The position numbers were made by a program, and so were the translations under genes. The notes below the pieces were generated by a model, which made no database searches, was not told the origin of the DNA, and saw only the letters and a list, made by a program, of their open reading frames with translations. From positions 62,496,001 to 62,560,000 of the forward strand of contig OX597831.1 of the NCBI GenBank assembly GCA_951406725.2: DNA of 64,000 bases, read 5' to 3'. Below are positions 25,317 to 40,800 of this stretch, one piece after another; positions within the stretch are counted from its first letter, which is position 1, and every line of letters begins with the position of its first letter. This DNA is from Octopus vulgaris. Taxonomy: Eukaryota.

Positions 25317-26161
25317 TGTCAGACTGCAGTGAGATATATTCTATTATAGAGAATTCAAACGCATTCATTTACCTAATATAAGAGAAATGACAAAAATAAC
25401 GCAAGACAACAGCTGATGAAACTTGTGATTGTCGACGTCAGATCAGCAAACTATATCTGTGAGAAATATAGTTTCCAGTCAAGTGAACTTTAGAGTATGA
25501 GCATTAGACTCGCAATACCGACTCAAAATATTGCAATTATGGTATTAAGATCTCCTGAGAGAGAATAAATGTGCCAGCCGTTCGCTCTTTTCAAGCGAGA
25601 AGGGAATCCTTTCAAATTCTTATTTATATTAGTGACTTAGCGGTTAGGGTTTTGAACTCACAATGTTAACACAATCTGAACTTGTGGTTTAACTGTGCAG
25701 ACAGAACTGATGAATGTGTTCTGCAGTAAAATATGTTCTCTGAATTCGCTCCCATCATTCATCTGAAACAAAATACCACCACCAGTTTCGATTTTACCCA
25801 GCAAAGGACTCGTGTAATTTTCATGGTTAAGGCAGACTTAAATCTAAGGAACTTTGAATTGATTACCAATTGCTATTCTTCGGAATGATCTAATCCACTC
25901 TATAGTGTGATGACTGAATATATAATGTGTTGTTAATACAGCATTTTGTAACAATGCATATGGTATGTTAACTCCTTTGATTAAATAGGATTTACGACCC
26001 ACGGATACGCTAAGCTCGGTGAAGTTCATCCTCGAGAAGAAGGGGTTAAACGCTATAATCCGTAGACCCATATGCTGTAAGTAGGGTAATGTTATATTCC
26101 TGCAAAATCCACTTTTCTGACAATGATTACAACTATGTTCTAATATATTATATATGACTTT

Positions 26162-26520
26162 AAGGCGGCGAGTTGGCAGAAACGTTAGCACGCCGGGCGA
26201 AATTATTAGCGGCATTCTGCCGAGGTCGACTTTGCCTTTCATCCTTTCGGGGTCGATGAAATAAGTACCAGTTACGCACTGGGGTTGATATAATCGACTT
26301 AATCCGTTTGTCTGTCCTTGTTTGTCCCTTCTGTGTTTAGCCCCTTGTGGGTAGTAAAAAAATAGGTATTTCGTCAGTCTTTACTTTCTCACTTAAAATT
26401 CCAATGAGGTTGGCCTTGCCTTTCATCCTTTAGGGGTCGATAATTATGTAAACGTTACGCACTGGAGTAGGTTTAATCGATTTAGCCGCTTCCCCGCAAT
26501 TGCTGGCGTTGTGCTATATA
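26162..26520 (+). mobile_element. SINE family B composite (1.5-mer)
   Basis: A full unit ending aaataggtat runs directly into a second, headless unit (ttcgtcagtc...gcctttcatcc). Confidence 0.85.
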
Positions 26521-26860
26521 ACATTATTTATCATACTATGGTGCTACGTATGAACCAGAAGGGATAACCGTTACAAATATGTCCTGGAACTATCATTGTA
26601 GTATAGGTTCAGATATTGGTATATTTAAATTCCGTACTCAAACGTCTTCATGTCTGGTGAAGCCTAAATAAATTGGGTAGAATAAGAGCGTTCTCAGAAA
26701 ATAAATAAAACAATGGAAACAGCGTGCACTTTGGCTTTTGTAATGTTTGAGCATTCAAAAATATTATGGTCAATAACTAGAAGATATTCAAGTCATATAG
26801 CTATTTATGCAAACACAAGCATACTCACACATACATACAAGCAAATACAAATTCTCTACC

Positions 26861-26946
<86 letters not shown>

Positions 26947-28806
26947 TGAGTGCACCTGTAAGTATGCAAGCTTGTACCTATATTTAATGCAAAGATGGTT
27001 ATATTTATATGATTATGTCTATGTGTTTATATGCATATACACAGAAACACACAGTCATACGATTGTTGTTCTTTTCGTTGCTGCTGTAGTTGTTTTCAAC
27101 TAACATATATTCCGGCTTAGCAACTTTCGACTACATTTCTAATATCTCTGAGCAGTCTGCCGTGAAGTGCAGTGTTTATAGTCCTTAGATTTTATCTATC
27201 GACGAAAATAATCTAATATATTACGCATAGCTATGCATTTGTATGTGTACTTGTATGTATGAGTGTGCATATATATGCATGTATATTTATGTATGTGTAT
27301 GTGTAAAAGGTATGGGTCTTATGCAAGTATGTATGTTTATGGGTATATGTATATGTATGTTTATGGGTGTGTGCATATGTATGAATATTTTCATTCGCAG
27401 ACATGCACACACACGCACCTAAATATTTGAACATTGACTTCTGCACATAAAAATGGCTGCTTACATTTTTACTCATTCTCGTTCGGATATGAAAGTGGGG
27501 GGTGGATCGTTTGCAAGTCCATTTTACAGAATAAAGTCTTTATAAATTCTATATACGTTCCAAGCATTACATACTATAGATATTTAAGCTATAAAATTTA
27601 TATTAATTTCACTTTTTATAATTTTCGATTTACAACCAGCGGACAATTTGCTTTCAGCACACATTGTGTCCTCTCTCATTAATGTTTTCGTTTTAACAAC
27701 GATATCATTTGATATTTACATCATTTTTTATGAAGAAATAAAAAAAAATTGTTTCGGCATTTTCTTCTTTTTATTTTTACTTATACTATTGTTAACAGAA
27801 ATCTCTTTGGACAGAAAACATCCATAAGTGCATTAGTTGTTGATATTTAGATATTTTATCATCGACCTCTAAACGAAAATATCGATATTGCCTCAGGGTC
27901 AAGAACCTGCTTATAAGAAGACGGGAAATAATGGAAATCAAATTTTAAACTACGCCATTTTGATATTTTATCTAAGTTTCATGCATCCACTAAAGTACAA
28001 CACACAAGGGGCAAGTACACATTCACTAACTCACTTGCAAATGCGGCAAATATACAAATATACACAAATGATTGTATACTTATAAACAGACCCTCGTTAA
28101 ATATATACTCATTTACACTGAAATAAGTAAATTATTAAATATACTTTGTCATAAAACCCTTAGAAAATATATCATATATAAAAGTATCAGTGGCATAAAT
28201 GGCATTAAATGACATACCGAAGAGTACCACACTGAATTTTCGAGCTACAGTTAGAACGTTAGTTTTTCTGTATATGGCAGCTTATCTAATAACATAATTT
28301 ACGCTGTTCTACGTTTACTTCAGACTCGAAAAATATGAGTTAGAGAAAGATTGAATGTATTTCCTGTGTTCTGAGTGAATCATAACGGTGACAGAGGAGG
28401 GGGACATTTTATGAAATCGTCAATTGCTCAACACATGCACTTCTACGTATTATTGTAAATCACAACTTTCAGTATTTAGTTCTCTACATATTTAACAGTC
28501 TTAAAAGAAAAGGAAGATATGGTTTACATTGCACCTAAGGCAATAACCTACAGTATGCAATCACAGACGTAATCTGTATAAGATGTAACATGTATTATTC
28601 GTAAGACAATCAACTGATATCTCTACATTATATATTCATTGTTCATTTTTTTTTTTCATTTTGACTATGCATGCAATTGAATTGCGGTCATGGTAGGGTA
28701 CTGCCTTCCATGATTTCTTACAGCATATGAAGGAGAATATATAGTTCCGTATTTTTATATTTCTATATGTGGTTGCTATTTTATTCGGATGTATTTGTCG
28801 AATGCT

Positions 28807-29320
<514 letters not shown>

Positions 29321-29396
29321 TTGACAAGCGTTGATGGGGTGGGGGTAAACACAAACACACAAATACATACATACATATATACATACATATATAGAT

Positions 29397-29439
<43 letters not shown>

Positions 29440-29589
29440 TATATATATATGTATGTATATATATGCGACGGGTTCCTTTCTTTGTCGACCCGAGGCTACA
29501 GTAGAAGACACTTCCACAAGGGGCCATGCAGTGGGATTGAATCATGTATTGGTGAACCAAGTTTCTTACCACAGAGTCACTCCTGCGCC
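29321..29589 (-). mobile_element. SINE family A, partial
   Basis: tgacaagcgttg...gtagaagacacttccacaagg...cactcctgcgcc. Confidence 0.85.
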
Positions 29590-30185
29590 TATGTATGTAT
29601 ATATATGTATGTATATGTGCGTATATGTGTGTCTGTTTGTATGTGTATGTGTAGTTACATATATGCATATATACGTATATTCATACAGCGGCGCCACGTT
29701 ATATACAGCGGTGACATTTCTTTTTCGAGTGTTAAATCGAATTAAGTTATTCCATGCTAAAAGTTGTTTAGTTTCTGTCATAAATGAAATATAACAGTTA
29801 ACAGTCCTCGTGATTAGAAAAAAATAACTGAGTAGCGTATAATAAACTAATAGACTTTTTAAGATTGTTTTCTTCTACTGATTGTATTCCCAATACTATT
29901 TACATGAAAATATACACCACCTCAAGCATAAACTGTTTCAGAAAAAAAAAATTGATAGGAATTAAGTATTCGTGATGTTTTATAAATATTAATTCACCTT
30001 AAATTGTCCAAAATAACTGGAGAATTTCCAGGGTTATAGCTAAGTTTTTTTTTTTATAAGTATATTATTGTTAATATATGTATTATAGGAAAATATCTAA
30101 TTTCTCTTACAATATGATGCTAATAAATATACATAATCTGATTTTTAGCTCATAAATGTCCCGCTATTCTCTATTTGGAAAATAT

Positions 30186-30395
30186 CGGTTTCAAATTTTG
30201 GTACAAGTCTAGTAATTTCTGTGAGGAGATAAATCGGTTAGATCGAACAAAATGATCAACTGGTACTTATTTTATCGATCCCGAAGAAATTAAAGTCAAC
30301 GTCGACGGAATTTGAACTCAGAATGTGAAAGATGGACGAAATGCAGCTGAACATTTATCCTGGGGTGCTTACGATTCTGCCAGCTAAGCACCTCA
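30186..30395 (-). mobile_element. SINE family B
   Basis: ggtttcaaattttggtacaag...aactggtacttattttatcgatccc...ggaatttgaactcagaa...ttctgccagct; near-TSD tctat(t/a)tggaaaatat. Confidence 0.8.
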
Positions 30396-31212
30396 TCTAT
30401 ATGGAAAATATAGATTTGCCCATATTAATTATATTGTGATTTTAACTTTGGTTGTGTGGGTTTTCAGACGTTTCGATAGTCGTCTTAAACTCACCGGCAT
30501 ACAAAAATTACCACCTACCAAGTATAAATACGCATAAAATTCATTTTATGTGTATATGCAAGGAATAAATCACGATGAAAATCATTATTCTTGTAGTTTG
30601 CAATACAAAAACTATATCTAAACTTACACTAAGCTTCGATAAGTTTGATCTCCGATCACTAACTGGTCAAGTGAATAAGAATTTTATAAGCATTAGGATA
30701 GACCCGAAAATTCCAAACTATGAAACGGTCGGGTTGTATTTAAGCAACCTTAGCAAAGTCATCTGCATCTGTTGAATATCAACTCGAGCGACAAGTATTG
30801 AAATAAATATTTTTTAGATATTTCCACCTTTAAAGATAGGGTTAACGGTTTCAAATATTTTCATTATAGTATCACATACAGTTAGACGTTTATTAATATT
30901 GCCTTTGCTAAACCTTTCCGAAAGCTTAGAAATTCTTTATCGAAATTTGAGAGATGCGAGATAGTAATAGGAACTCATATTTGGAATTATTATTTCTCAG
31001 GCTATTTTAAGCCATTTTAACATGAATGTTGAGTTCAGCGTAACATTTTGTAAGGGATAACACAGTGTTATATTATAATCTTTGTCATACCTTTTGCTGG
31101 TATTATGAACACTGAATAGATGATAGGTGATAACTGAGAAGTTTTCTGTAAGGTTTCTTCGAAATACCACTAGTTTTACTGGAAATAGCATCATGCAAAC
31201 CAATATTATTTC

Positions 31213-31288
<76 letters not shown>

Positions 31289-31334
31289 ATCTTTGCTATA
31301 TCTAAACATTAATTGTCACGAATCATCATACAAT

Positions 31335-31706
31335 CAGCGCTGGATTAATCATTAGGCAAAGCGATCACATACTTAGTGCATCAAGGGAAGGAGGGAGCAC
31401 CACAGAAATCGCTTTAGACTTGCTAAAATAATTTTCGGGATGCATTACCTCTAACAAGTACAGAAGCAGAAGTGTTATGTAAGATTATTATTGAGGATCT
31501 GATCAAAAACTTTGGAATCATCAAAAGCCAGAGAAAATTCTTCAAATATAAATTGGAACTATATAAACATCATCATTATTGCACATCTTAGTGTTAGCTG
31601 TGATCCATTTTATGATTTATTATTGATTATATGTTGAATTACATATCTATGTGGTCACCAAAAATCTTTAGTGCTTAGAGCCTTTGAGATTCTTAATCCG
31701 GCGCTA
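31335..31706. mobile_element. MITE, probably hAT-type
   Basis: Terminal inverted repeats cagcgctggattaa / ttaatccggcgcta; no clear 8 bp TSD left. Confidence 0.55.
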
Positions 31707-34107
31707 TTTATATCAATTTTTCGAACTGAATAAAACCACTTCTATAAAATGAATTAAATGTGCTTCATTACATAAATTTAAATTCGAATTTCATAATATT
31801 TCTTTCATTTAATCTTGATTATCAATAGGGCATTAGGAGAACAATATGCTAAAATTAAGAATATAGAGTGAGGAAATCATAGTTTTCTGATTGAAAATAT
31901 TCAGGTATTTTCAAGTGAAATTAAGGTGCTCGAAATTAAGACGTGAGTAAATGCTATATCCGTAGCTATTAAATGAGGGCTACATAGGTGCAGGCGTGGC
32001 TGTGTGGTACCTACATACTAGCGTATCCAGTCCCACAGCATGGCACTTATATATATATATATTGTGTTTAAGCGCGAGTAAGCATGCGTGTGAACGTATG
32101 TCTAAACATAATGCACGAGTAAATACGCATGTGAACGTATATCTGTGGTTTTATATACTATAAAAAGACTAATTTTTACTAACAATCTACATTGGTGGTA
32201 GTATTGCTACAAAAGTTTCGCTTTATATCATTTCAGCTACTATAAACAGACTCCATTGTTCAGTTACAAAAACGTCAAACTTATATGTTGCGATTAGTAT
32301 AAAGATATTTATTTGAAAATCCAGAGACCATGAATGAAACGGTTTAAGTAATTTAAGTTAAACACATTTAAATGTAATGTATTCTTTAATATTTCATAAA
32401 AGATTACGATCATTTTCTTACTGCTCAGACACGCACACACACACACGCTCACACACACACATACACACAAATACGTGCGAGTGTGTGTATAAAATGTGTG
32501 CTAAATTTTATTGATAAAGAGGGATTTTGTAGGACAGAAAAAGTGACAAATTTATGTAAATTTATTTGCATATTACATTTAGCTGAGGAAGACTTTTCTT
32601 TCATCGGTTCACCTTTTTATTCAAGGTTATTTCCCTGTGAATCATTTTGAAGTGTGGTGTCCTTCTCTTTGTATTTTACGTGATATTTTGTTTCCGCGAT
32701 ATATATACGATACTTAAGTAACACAGATGAGCATGACTCCATGGAATTTAAGTTCGACAATCAATCATCTGAAATATATATTGCATTCTTAATTACACTG
32801 CTCATAAAATTTACTGTGATGTTGAATTTTTTATGGGCCATTTGTCAGGATGGTATTCAGTCACTGGTTATAGTGAACAGAGTAGGTAATAAACTACCGA
32901 ACTCCCCTATTTCTTTTGTGAATCTGAAACTAATTAATTTCAAGTTAATATAATATATGGAGAACACTCAATTTGATTATTTTAAATAATTATTTTATTG
33001 GCAAGAAATCAGGGGCAAGTCAGGTGTAAGTGTGTTGTAATTTGTAGGCCATCGTGAAACAGTTGTTAATGTTTGTCAATATTGATTTTATTTTCTTTAA
33101 TTGCTTCTGCATGTGCCAATAAAATGTTGATATATTACTGAACCCGTCTTTGCTACGATATTTTTTCAGGAGAAAGCCATGATATATGCTTACTGCAAGA
33201 CATCGTGTCAAACTATTAAGGCTCTGTTAACTTCAGCTGAACTTTAATCACAACTATCATGTGGATATTAATGAGGTTACATCGGCAATAGCATTATAGA
33301 TCCCAGTGGTATAGGCTCTTTATAGGCTGACATCGTGCTGACATTGTATCAATTAAATAATGCTATAAAAGTCTGTAATGAGTTTTAATGGCTGTTGAAA
33401 TCTCAAGTCAATTTAGAGAAATATGTTGGAAGATTATTCATATAGCCTGATTATATTGACTAATATGATAAGAAGGTTTACTTATCCTGTAGAATATTGG
33501 GACTAATTCAGTTAACAACCGAGCTGTGTACACATCGGAATGCAATAAACCAAGTTAATCTGAGAAACGCCCATAATTTACTATTCTATGATTAAGTTTA
33601 TTTTACCCGTAATTATATAATCTATGTTAACAAGTTTTGATAGTAACCCACGTTAACAATCTAGTGAATGTTTGAGTGTGTGTTTGTGCATGTGTGTCTG
33701 ACTGTCTGTCTGTCTGTTTGTCGGTGTGTCTGTGTGCATGTGTGTGCGTGCGTGTGTGTGTGTCTGTGCCTGTGTGCGTCTCTGTGCTTAATCTTCTAGA
33801 AATGGCAGTCAATTATCCTCGAAATCAGATTCAATCAACTTACACAAAGATGAGCAGATTACATAACGTAGTTCTAGATATCACTGAAAGACACGATGGC
33901 TGGAACCATAGGTTGGAATTTGTGTGATTGTGTAAGATTTGACCTCAAGTTAAACTTCTACAACTCACCACATCAACATGTTGGTAAATGTTTTATGGAA
34001 TGTGGCGATTCGGCTCTAAATTTGAAACCCTCCATGGGATTTCTCTCAAAAATGTCTCTTATATATATTAGAATCAAGTAACAAATCTTGAACATCAGTT
34101 CATATAT

Positions 34108-34536
34108 AGGCGCAGGAGTGGTTGTGTGTTAAGTAGCTTGCTAACTAACCACATAGTTCCGGGTTCAGTCCCACTGCATGGCATCTTGGGCAAGTGTCTT
34201 CTGCTATAGCCGCGGGCCGACCAATGCCTTGTGAGTGGATTTGGTAGACGGAAACTGAAAGAAGCCTGTCGTATATATGTATATATATATATATATATAT
34301 GTGTGGCTGTGTATGTGTTTGTGTGTATGTGTCTGTCCCCCTAATTGCTTGACAACCGATGCTGGTGTTTTTACGTCCCCGTCACTTAGCGGTTCAGCAA
34401 AAGAGACCGAAAGAATAAGTACTGGGCTTACAAAGAATAATAAGTCCCGTGGTCGATTTTCTCGACTAAAAGGCGGTGCTGCAGCATGGCCGCAGTCAAA
34501 TGACTGAAATAAATAAAAGAGTAAAAGAGAAAGAGT
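34108..34536 (+). mobile_element. SINE family A, full length
   Basis: aggcgcaggagtggttgtgtgttaagtagcttgc...cttgggcaagtgtcttc...aaaagagtaaaagag. Confidence 0.93.
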
Positions 34537-35443
34537 ATATCATAATGCTAAATTAATTACAGTAATACCACGTCTACATGTATATATATAAATGTCCACA
34601 AATGCATTTTAGATACTTCTGACTTCTATGTGGCATGTTCATAGATTATATTGGCGTTTTATCTTGAAAAAAATTGACATTCATAATCTCAACTTTGTGA
34701 AAGGGCATACCTCCAAAACAATGCTGTATGATCGTTTATTTTTTTTTTTCTCTTGGCGGAAAATCATGCATGGACGTAAAATGGCGTAATTTGTTGGTTT
34801 AGAGATACAAAAACATGCAATTTGGTTGGAAGATTATAACCTTATATGTGATACGCAAGGAATAAATGAAACTTTTTTTTTCTCTTAACTGACAACGATC
34901 ACATATCAAACAATACACTTGCTCACTATAAAATGATGATAGCTTATCTCCACAATCAGCTATAAACTTATGAGTATTTATATCTTATATTTTATATTGA
35001 AGTAAATTCTTGCATTAATGGAAATGAACAATATAAATGAAACATCAACAAATCTATGTTTTACTGTTCACGATGACAATTATATATAACTTACAAATGG
35101 CGGAAGAATCGTAAGAAATATTTTATTACCGTTTTTGTAACATTTCTAATACTGCGGAAACATCTCTCGTCAAATGCAATATAAGTTAAACCCATTCTGT
35201 TTCTTAAAATGTAGAAGTAATTGTATGTTCCTAGACCGATTTGCCAGATAAAATAACGATATTTAGAGAGAAATTAATTGAGTGTTTCGAGACATAACTC
35301 GATCTGTAATTATATAGAACCACATGAGTTGGATTTGATCTGTTTTATTTTAACGAGTAACAGCCAAATACCATGCAGACAAAAGTTCATAGACACCTGT
35401 AGAATTTTATACACAGTACACAGACACACACACATACACACAG

Positions 35444-35475
<32 letters not shown>

Positions 35476-35552
35476 ACAAACATACACATCTATATGTACG
35501 TATATATGTAGTATGTAGTGCAGTGAAAGCAATTGGTAAAAATAAGACTACT

Positions 35553-35846
<294 letters not shown>

Positions 35847-35849
35847 TAG

Positions 35850-35995
35850 GAGTGCATTAACAGTGAAAGAAGAAATTTAGCAGAATATTTGGTAAACAAC
35901 AAAGAAGCCCTGATACAATATGCTGCTAGTGCAGAAGGAGTTAGCAAAAACGGACTTGAGAGTGTTCATGAACTCTGAACAAGAACAGCCAACGA
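35850..35995 (+). mobile_element. Short R4/Dong-like ORF fragment
   Basis: Reads ECINSERRNLAEYLVNNKEALIQYAA, resembling the segment after GGRGL in RLE LINEs; abuts the (AAT)/(AAG) tract. Confidence 0.4.
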
Positions 35996-36152
35996 GAGAG
36001 AAGAAATATAATGTGTGTGAAATAGAGAGAGAGAGATGTAGTGAGTGCCCCTTACACATACATGCAAAACAATTTATACATCACGACACATAACTTCACT
36101 CACTCACTCTCTCTCTCACATGTCTATTTCATATACACGTACATCTTACACT

Positions 36153-37357
36153 TGCTCTTTTTTAAAAATTAAATTTTTGAAAAGGTTTAATAAAAAATAA
36201 CAACTAATTAATCAATAATATATTCACCCTTGTTGTTTACAACTTCTTCTCAACGTTCAACAAGACTTTCAATACCTCGTTGCTAGAAATCACCCGATTT
36301 CGACTCAAAAAACTGATCCAACGAAGCTCTCAATTCTGCATCAATATTAATCAAAATTCCTCGCATAACATTTGAAAGAGATCGAAAGAGGTGGAAATCC
36401 GTTGGTGCCAAATCAGGAGAGTACAGCGAGTGTGGCAGCACTTCCCAGCCATGCGTTTGAATGGCTTCTTTGGTCATATTGTCTATATGAGGGCGGACGC
36501 TGTCGTGCAGCAGAAGAACTCCATGCTACCAATTAGGTCCTTTCTCTTGAATAGCAGTATTGAGTCGTTCCATCTGTTGAACATAGAGTTCCGCGTTAAC
36601 CGTTTTGTTCCGTTTTACGTGGATGAAGCTTTGCTCCACGCGCGGTGTCGCTTGTTTAGCGGGGCTAAGCCATTCCTTACGCTGCTTTATATTGATGTAC
36701 ATGCACCATTTTACGTGGCCAGTAACGATTCGGCAAGAAAAAAAAAACGTTTCTTGTGTCCATGAGTGGAGTGGTGACGAGCAAGAAAAACTAGCGGAGA
36801 TTGTGGCTCGTAGATGTTTGTTGTTGTCACTTAAAGCATGCGGGACACGTGAAACTTTCCCACCGAGTGAAAATGCTTCCCTATAGCAGTGTGGGAGAAT
36901 TCCATTTTCTCTTGCCAATTCCCTGTCGTTTGACGAGATTTTTCGTGCAAAATTTGGTTTAATCGCTCTTCATCGAACTCAACTTGACGGCCAGAACTAG
37001 GTGGGTTTTTAAGATCAAAATTTCCATATTTGAACTTGGCATACTAATCACGAACGGTTCTTTCAGCTATGGCACCCCCTCCATACACAGCACAAATGTC
37101 ATGAGCAGCTTTGCGGCCTTAGAACCTTGACATAAAAGCAAAAAGAAATAGGTGTCGAAAATACTAATTTTGTTAACTTGACATTCCATTTTAATGAACT
37201 GAAAATATACAAAAACTAAATAAAATTAACTAGAAAGACAAATTAGATTCCAAAGTGGTTAATTATAGAATTCTCGAAAATGAATAGATTTGAAAATTTA
37301 AAAACGCAATAAATTCCAAAATTCAAAAAAACCGCGGGAACTTAATTACCAACAAAA
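36153..37357 (-). mobile_element. Mariner transposon, same family as 11350; one TIR lost
   Basis: TIR aaccgcgggaacttaattaccaacaaaa-ta; motifs RVPHAL, IVTGHVKW, YSPDLAPTDFHLFRSL; colinear with 11350-12286. Confidence 0.92.
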
Positions 37358-37458
37358 TATATACAGTTATTGTACAGTTATTATACTATGAGCCTTCCAT
37401 AGTAGCGTTCTCTCCGTAATTCGCAAAAATTTTCGGGTTTGTTTATAAAAATATTATT

Positions 37459-37573
<115 letters not shown>

Positions 37574-37608
37574 CTGTATGTATATATATGTATATATATA
37601 TATACATA

Positions 37609-37693
<85 letters not shown>

Positions 37694-37696
<3 letters not shown>

Positions 37697-37826
37697 AAAA
37701 GCCCACTCGATTGGGAGAAAGCGCTAATCCGAATGATATGATCTGAATGATATGATATATATGTAAAAAATGTAATATATAAATAAATATCTATAAATAT
37801 GAACCATCCGATCTGATTACTTCATT

Positions 37827-37833
<7 letters not shown>
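37694..37833 (+). mobile_element. TA-flanked cassette starting at a degenerate minimal hammerhead
   Basis: tTGAAAA-gccca-ctcgat-tggga-GAAAG-cg-CTA-atcc. Confidence 0.45.
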
Positions 37834-37860
<27 letters not shown>

Positions 37861-40800
37861 CCTACAATTCATTTATGTATCATTAGGGGTATTGTAAATA
37901 AAGCTTCTTTTTCATTATGTCGGCTACTCTTTAATGATGCTAAGTAGCGAGTCAGATTTTGGAGGTTGCATCATGGCTATACCGATATAATGTGGGATAA
38001 ATATAATGGTCTCATATAATATATATATGACCATTTTTGCAATAATGTCCATATCTTCCTTAAAATAAGCTTGCTTAGAACACTCAACAGTATTAGATTT
38101 ATTGTTAATAACATGAAGTATTAATATCTGATAACTCAAGAATATTTTTTTAGGAACGGAAGTATAAAAAATTTTGTTCATCTCATTGTTTATCTAGCAT
38201 ATCAGTCTCTCGTGTCTACATTCAATCTTCTGTATGATAAATCAGACTATTTGAAATATAGATATATCTCAAGTTCACATATTCATTTATGAATATAGAT
38301 AGATAGATATTCTGTTCTGTAGTGACACTCGACAACAAATACATTTTAAAATAATATCTGACATATTCGAATATAATCACAAAATACTTAAATGTAAATG
38401 ATACACTATTTGGAAAAATGATTCATTACGTCTGTATAAATACCTCAAATAACAAACTATATTGGACCAACATGTGTAAGTTTTAATAATTTACTGTGCA
38501 AACTATTGAATTCTCTCAAATTAAGAAAACCAATATAGAGATATTTGAAAAATGTATTTAAATAACTTTTGTTTCCATGCAAGTAAATTAAAATACAACT
38601 TCGTTTTATATTACGATATTGCTCAGATTTACATTATTAAACTTAAATCAAATTCTCAATTTTACATTATGACAATGTTTTACCTTTCAAGTTTATGATT
38701 TCCAAATCGAGTTACGCAATAGAAAAGTTATATATGAAAATAATAAATCATTACAATCAGACGTAGTCAAATGAGATTTCATCTAAATACAGTATACGTT
38801 CTCCATCTACTGTGTGCAGCGGTGCACTCAAATGCGAACATGCACGAAAAAAGATAAATACAGCAATGAACATAAGTGCAAGCTCTACACGATAATATGC
38901 TGAAAAAATGCAATCGACTTTTCGGAAACATATCCTTTTTCATGATACATCGAATGATATTAAAAAGACGCAATTCGAAATATAAACTTAAATACGATAT
39001 TCTCAAAAAGACATTCTAGCTGCTTTAATTAATGGAACACTAGACGTTCTAGAAACTTCCCAGAAAAACGCCAAGCTTCTTCAATAATTACTAACCATGT
39101 CTCATGAAACAGATGCTTCGAGAAAGTTAATAAAGGGAGGTTACTCTATCATCCTTCTTGCAAGGGAGATCATTCAACTATTTAGTTACGTAAACCACTA
39201 CATATACATAGTGAGAAAGAGAGAAAGAGGGATTGAGAAATAGAAAAAGAGAGTGGGGTGTGTGCTAAGCTGTACCACATTGCAGACTAGTACATATAAA
39301 TCAAGAGTGGATAGTAGATGATAAATTTAGATATACAAGCAAACACACAAATATATATATATTGCGTAATACACATTTACGGAAATCTACCATTCTCAAA
39401 TGCATTTCCAATGAGGCAAATTTAAATAAATAATGATATTTACAGAAACAATATTTAAATGGTTATAGCACATTAAAATTGAAATTAAAATTAGCATCTA
39501 GAGCATTGGGGGAATGGGGGAATAGCATCGAGTATTTAGAAAAAACAAGAACAAAGACAACCAACATACATCTCTAGCAACAGTTCTTAATATAACATTT
39601 CAAATTAGACTTAAAATGTATTTGATAATATTTCATTTACGAAGACAACTTTCCTTGAAATATCAACTGAAAATACCGAAAGATTCATTGTTAATATTAT
39701 AATCGTCTTTGCGGAAAATATACATTCATATCCGACAAGGATTTTGATTATGAATTCGTCATCTGAATAAAAGATCGTTAAAATATGAGGGAAACTTGCA
39801 CGAAGCACCTGATTAAATTGGCATATTTTTTCATTAATACAATAAATAAAATGCTCCTATGAACCTTCGCTACAAATGTAAAACACTTTTCGTTCATTGA
39901 GGTTCACCTTCTGTCTTCTCCATAGAAAGAAATCCTTGAACTACACGCTTGGTACCCGACAATCCATCAGTGTTGGAGCCATTTGGGGAAAGATGACATA
40001 TAAGAAAAACTGGAAGATATTACAGCAAGTTTATCAACGATTACTAGAGAACTGAAAATAAATTGTCAGCTCCCGTCTTGACAGAAGATTCTTTGTCGTA
40101 TAAGCAGAATCAATTTTCATAATTTTAAGCTATTTTAGGAGTAATTATAGAACTATAATTCAGTATTGGATTAGTTGCTTGCTGAATCTAATAAAAGAAA
40201 CGTCATTCAGAAAAAAAATAGAAGCTCTAAATACTACTAATGTCAATCGCACAAATAATAGAATCACATATAGATTTTGGAAAAGGAAACATTACTAGTT
40301 GTTTGCATACAGCAAGCACATATTTTTACATGCAACTCTATATTTTTGTATATTCCTACATTTTAGAAATACTTTAGAAAGCTCAATAACATGATGTCAG
40401 ATGTGTTCGGCCACCGAAAATCGTGTAGTGAAGCTAAAACTATGGTAAAGAGTGAAAAGAACTTGCTATGTTTACAGAAGTAGATACAAAATATAATGTA
40501 TTCCAACGACGCGAACAAATAGGGGATGTACGCGATTGCAATGAATCAGAAAAGATTTTTCTGTATCAGAATATATCTAGAGTTTTAGCAACGATAATTA
40601 TGACGAAACAACAATAAATTATCATAAGTATAATTTGGAGGGGATTGCGTACAATAAATAAAACGATGTCGTGAAATGGTGCATTAATGTACCAACAAAT
40701 AATAACACTAATATTTCTCTAAATAGGTTTCTCAAAAACGTGTTGTACAGACAACAAATGAACAATAATTTTTGTAACACATTATGAGGTAAGTATTGTA

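Noticed and set aside
25700-25785. CTGATGA...GAAAC as a hammerhead
   Set aside because: No complementary stem I, no proper stem III, and no adjacent TA tract.
40727-40788. Coding exon with good splice signals
   Set aside because: Stop codons in all three frames; at most a non-coding exon.
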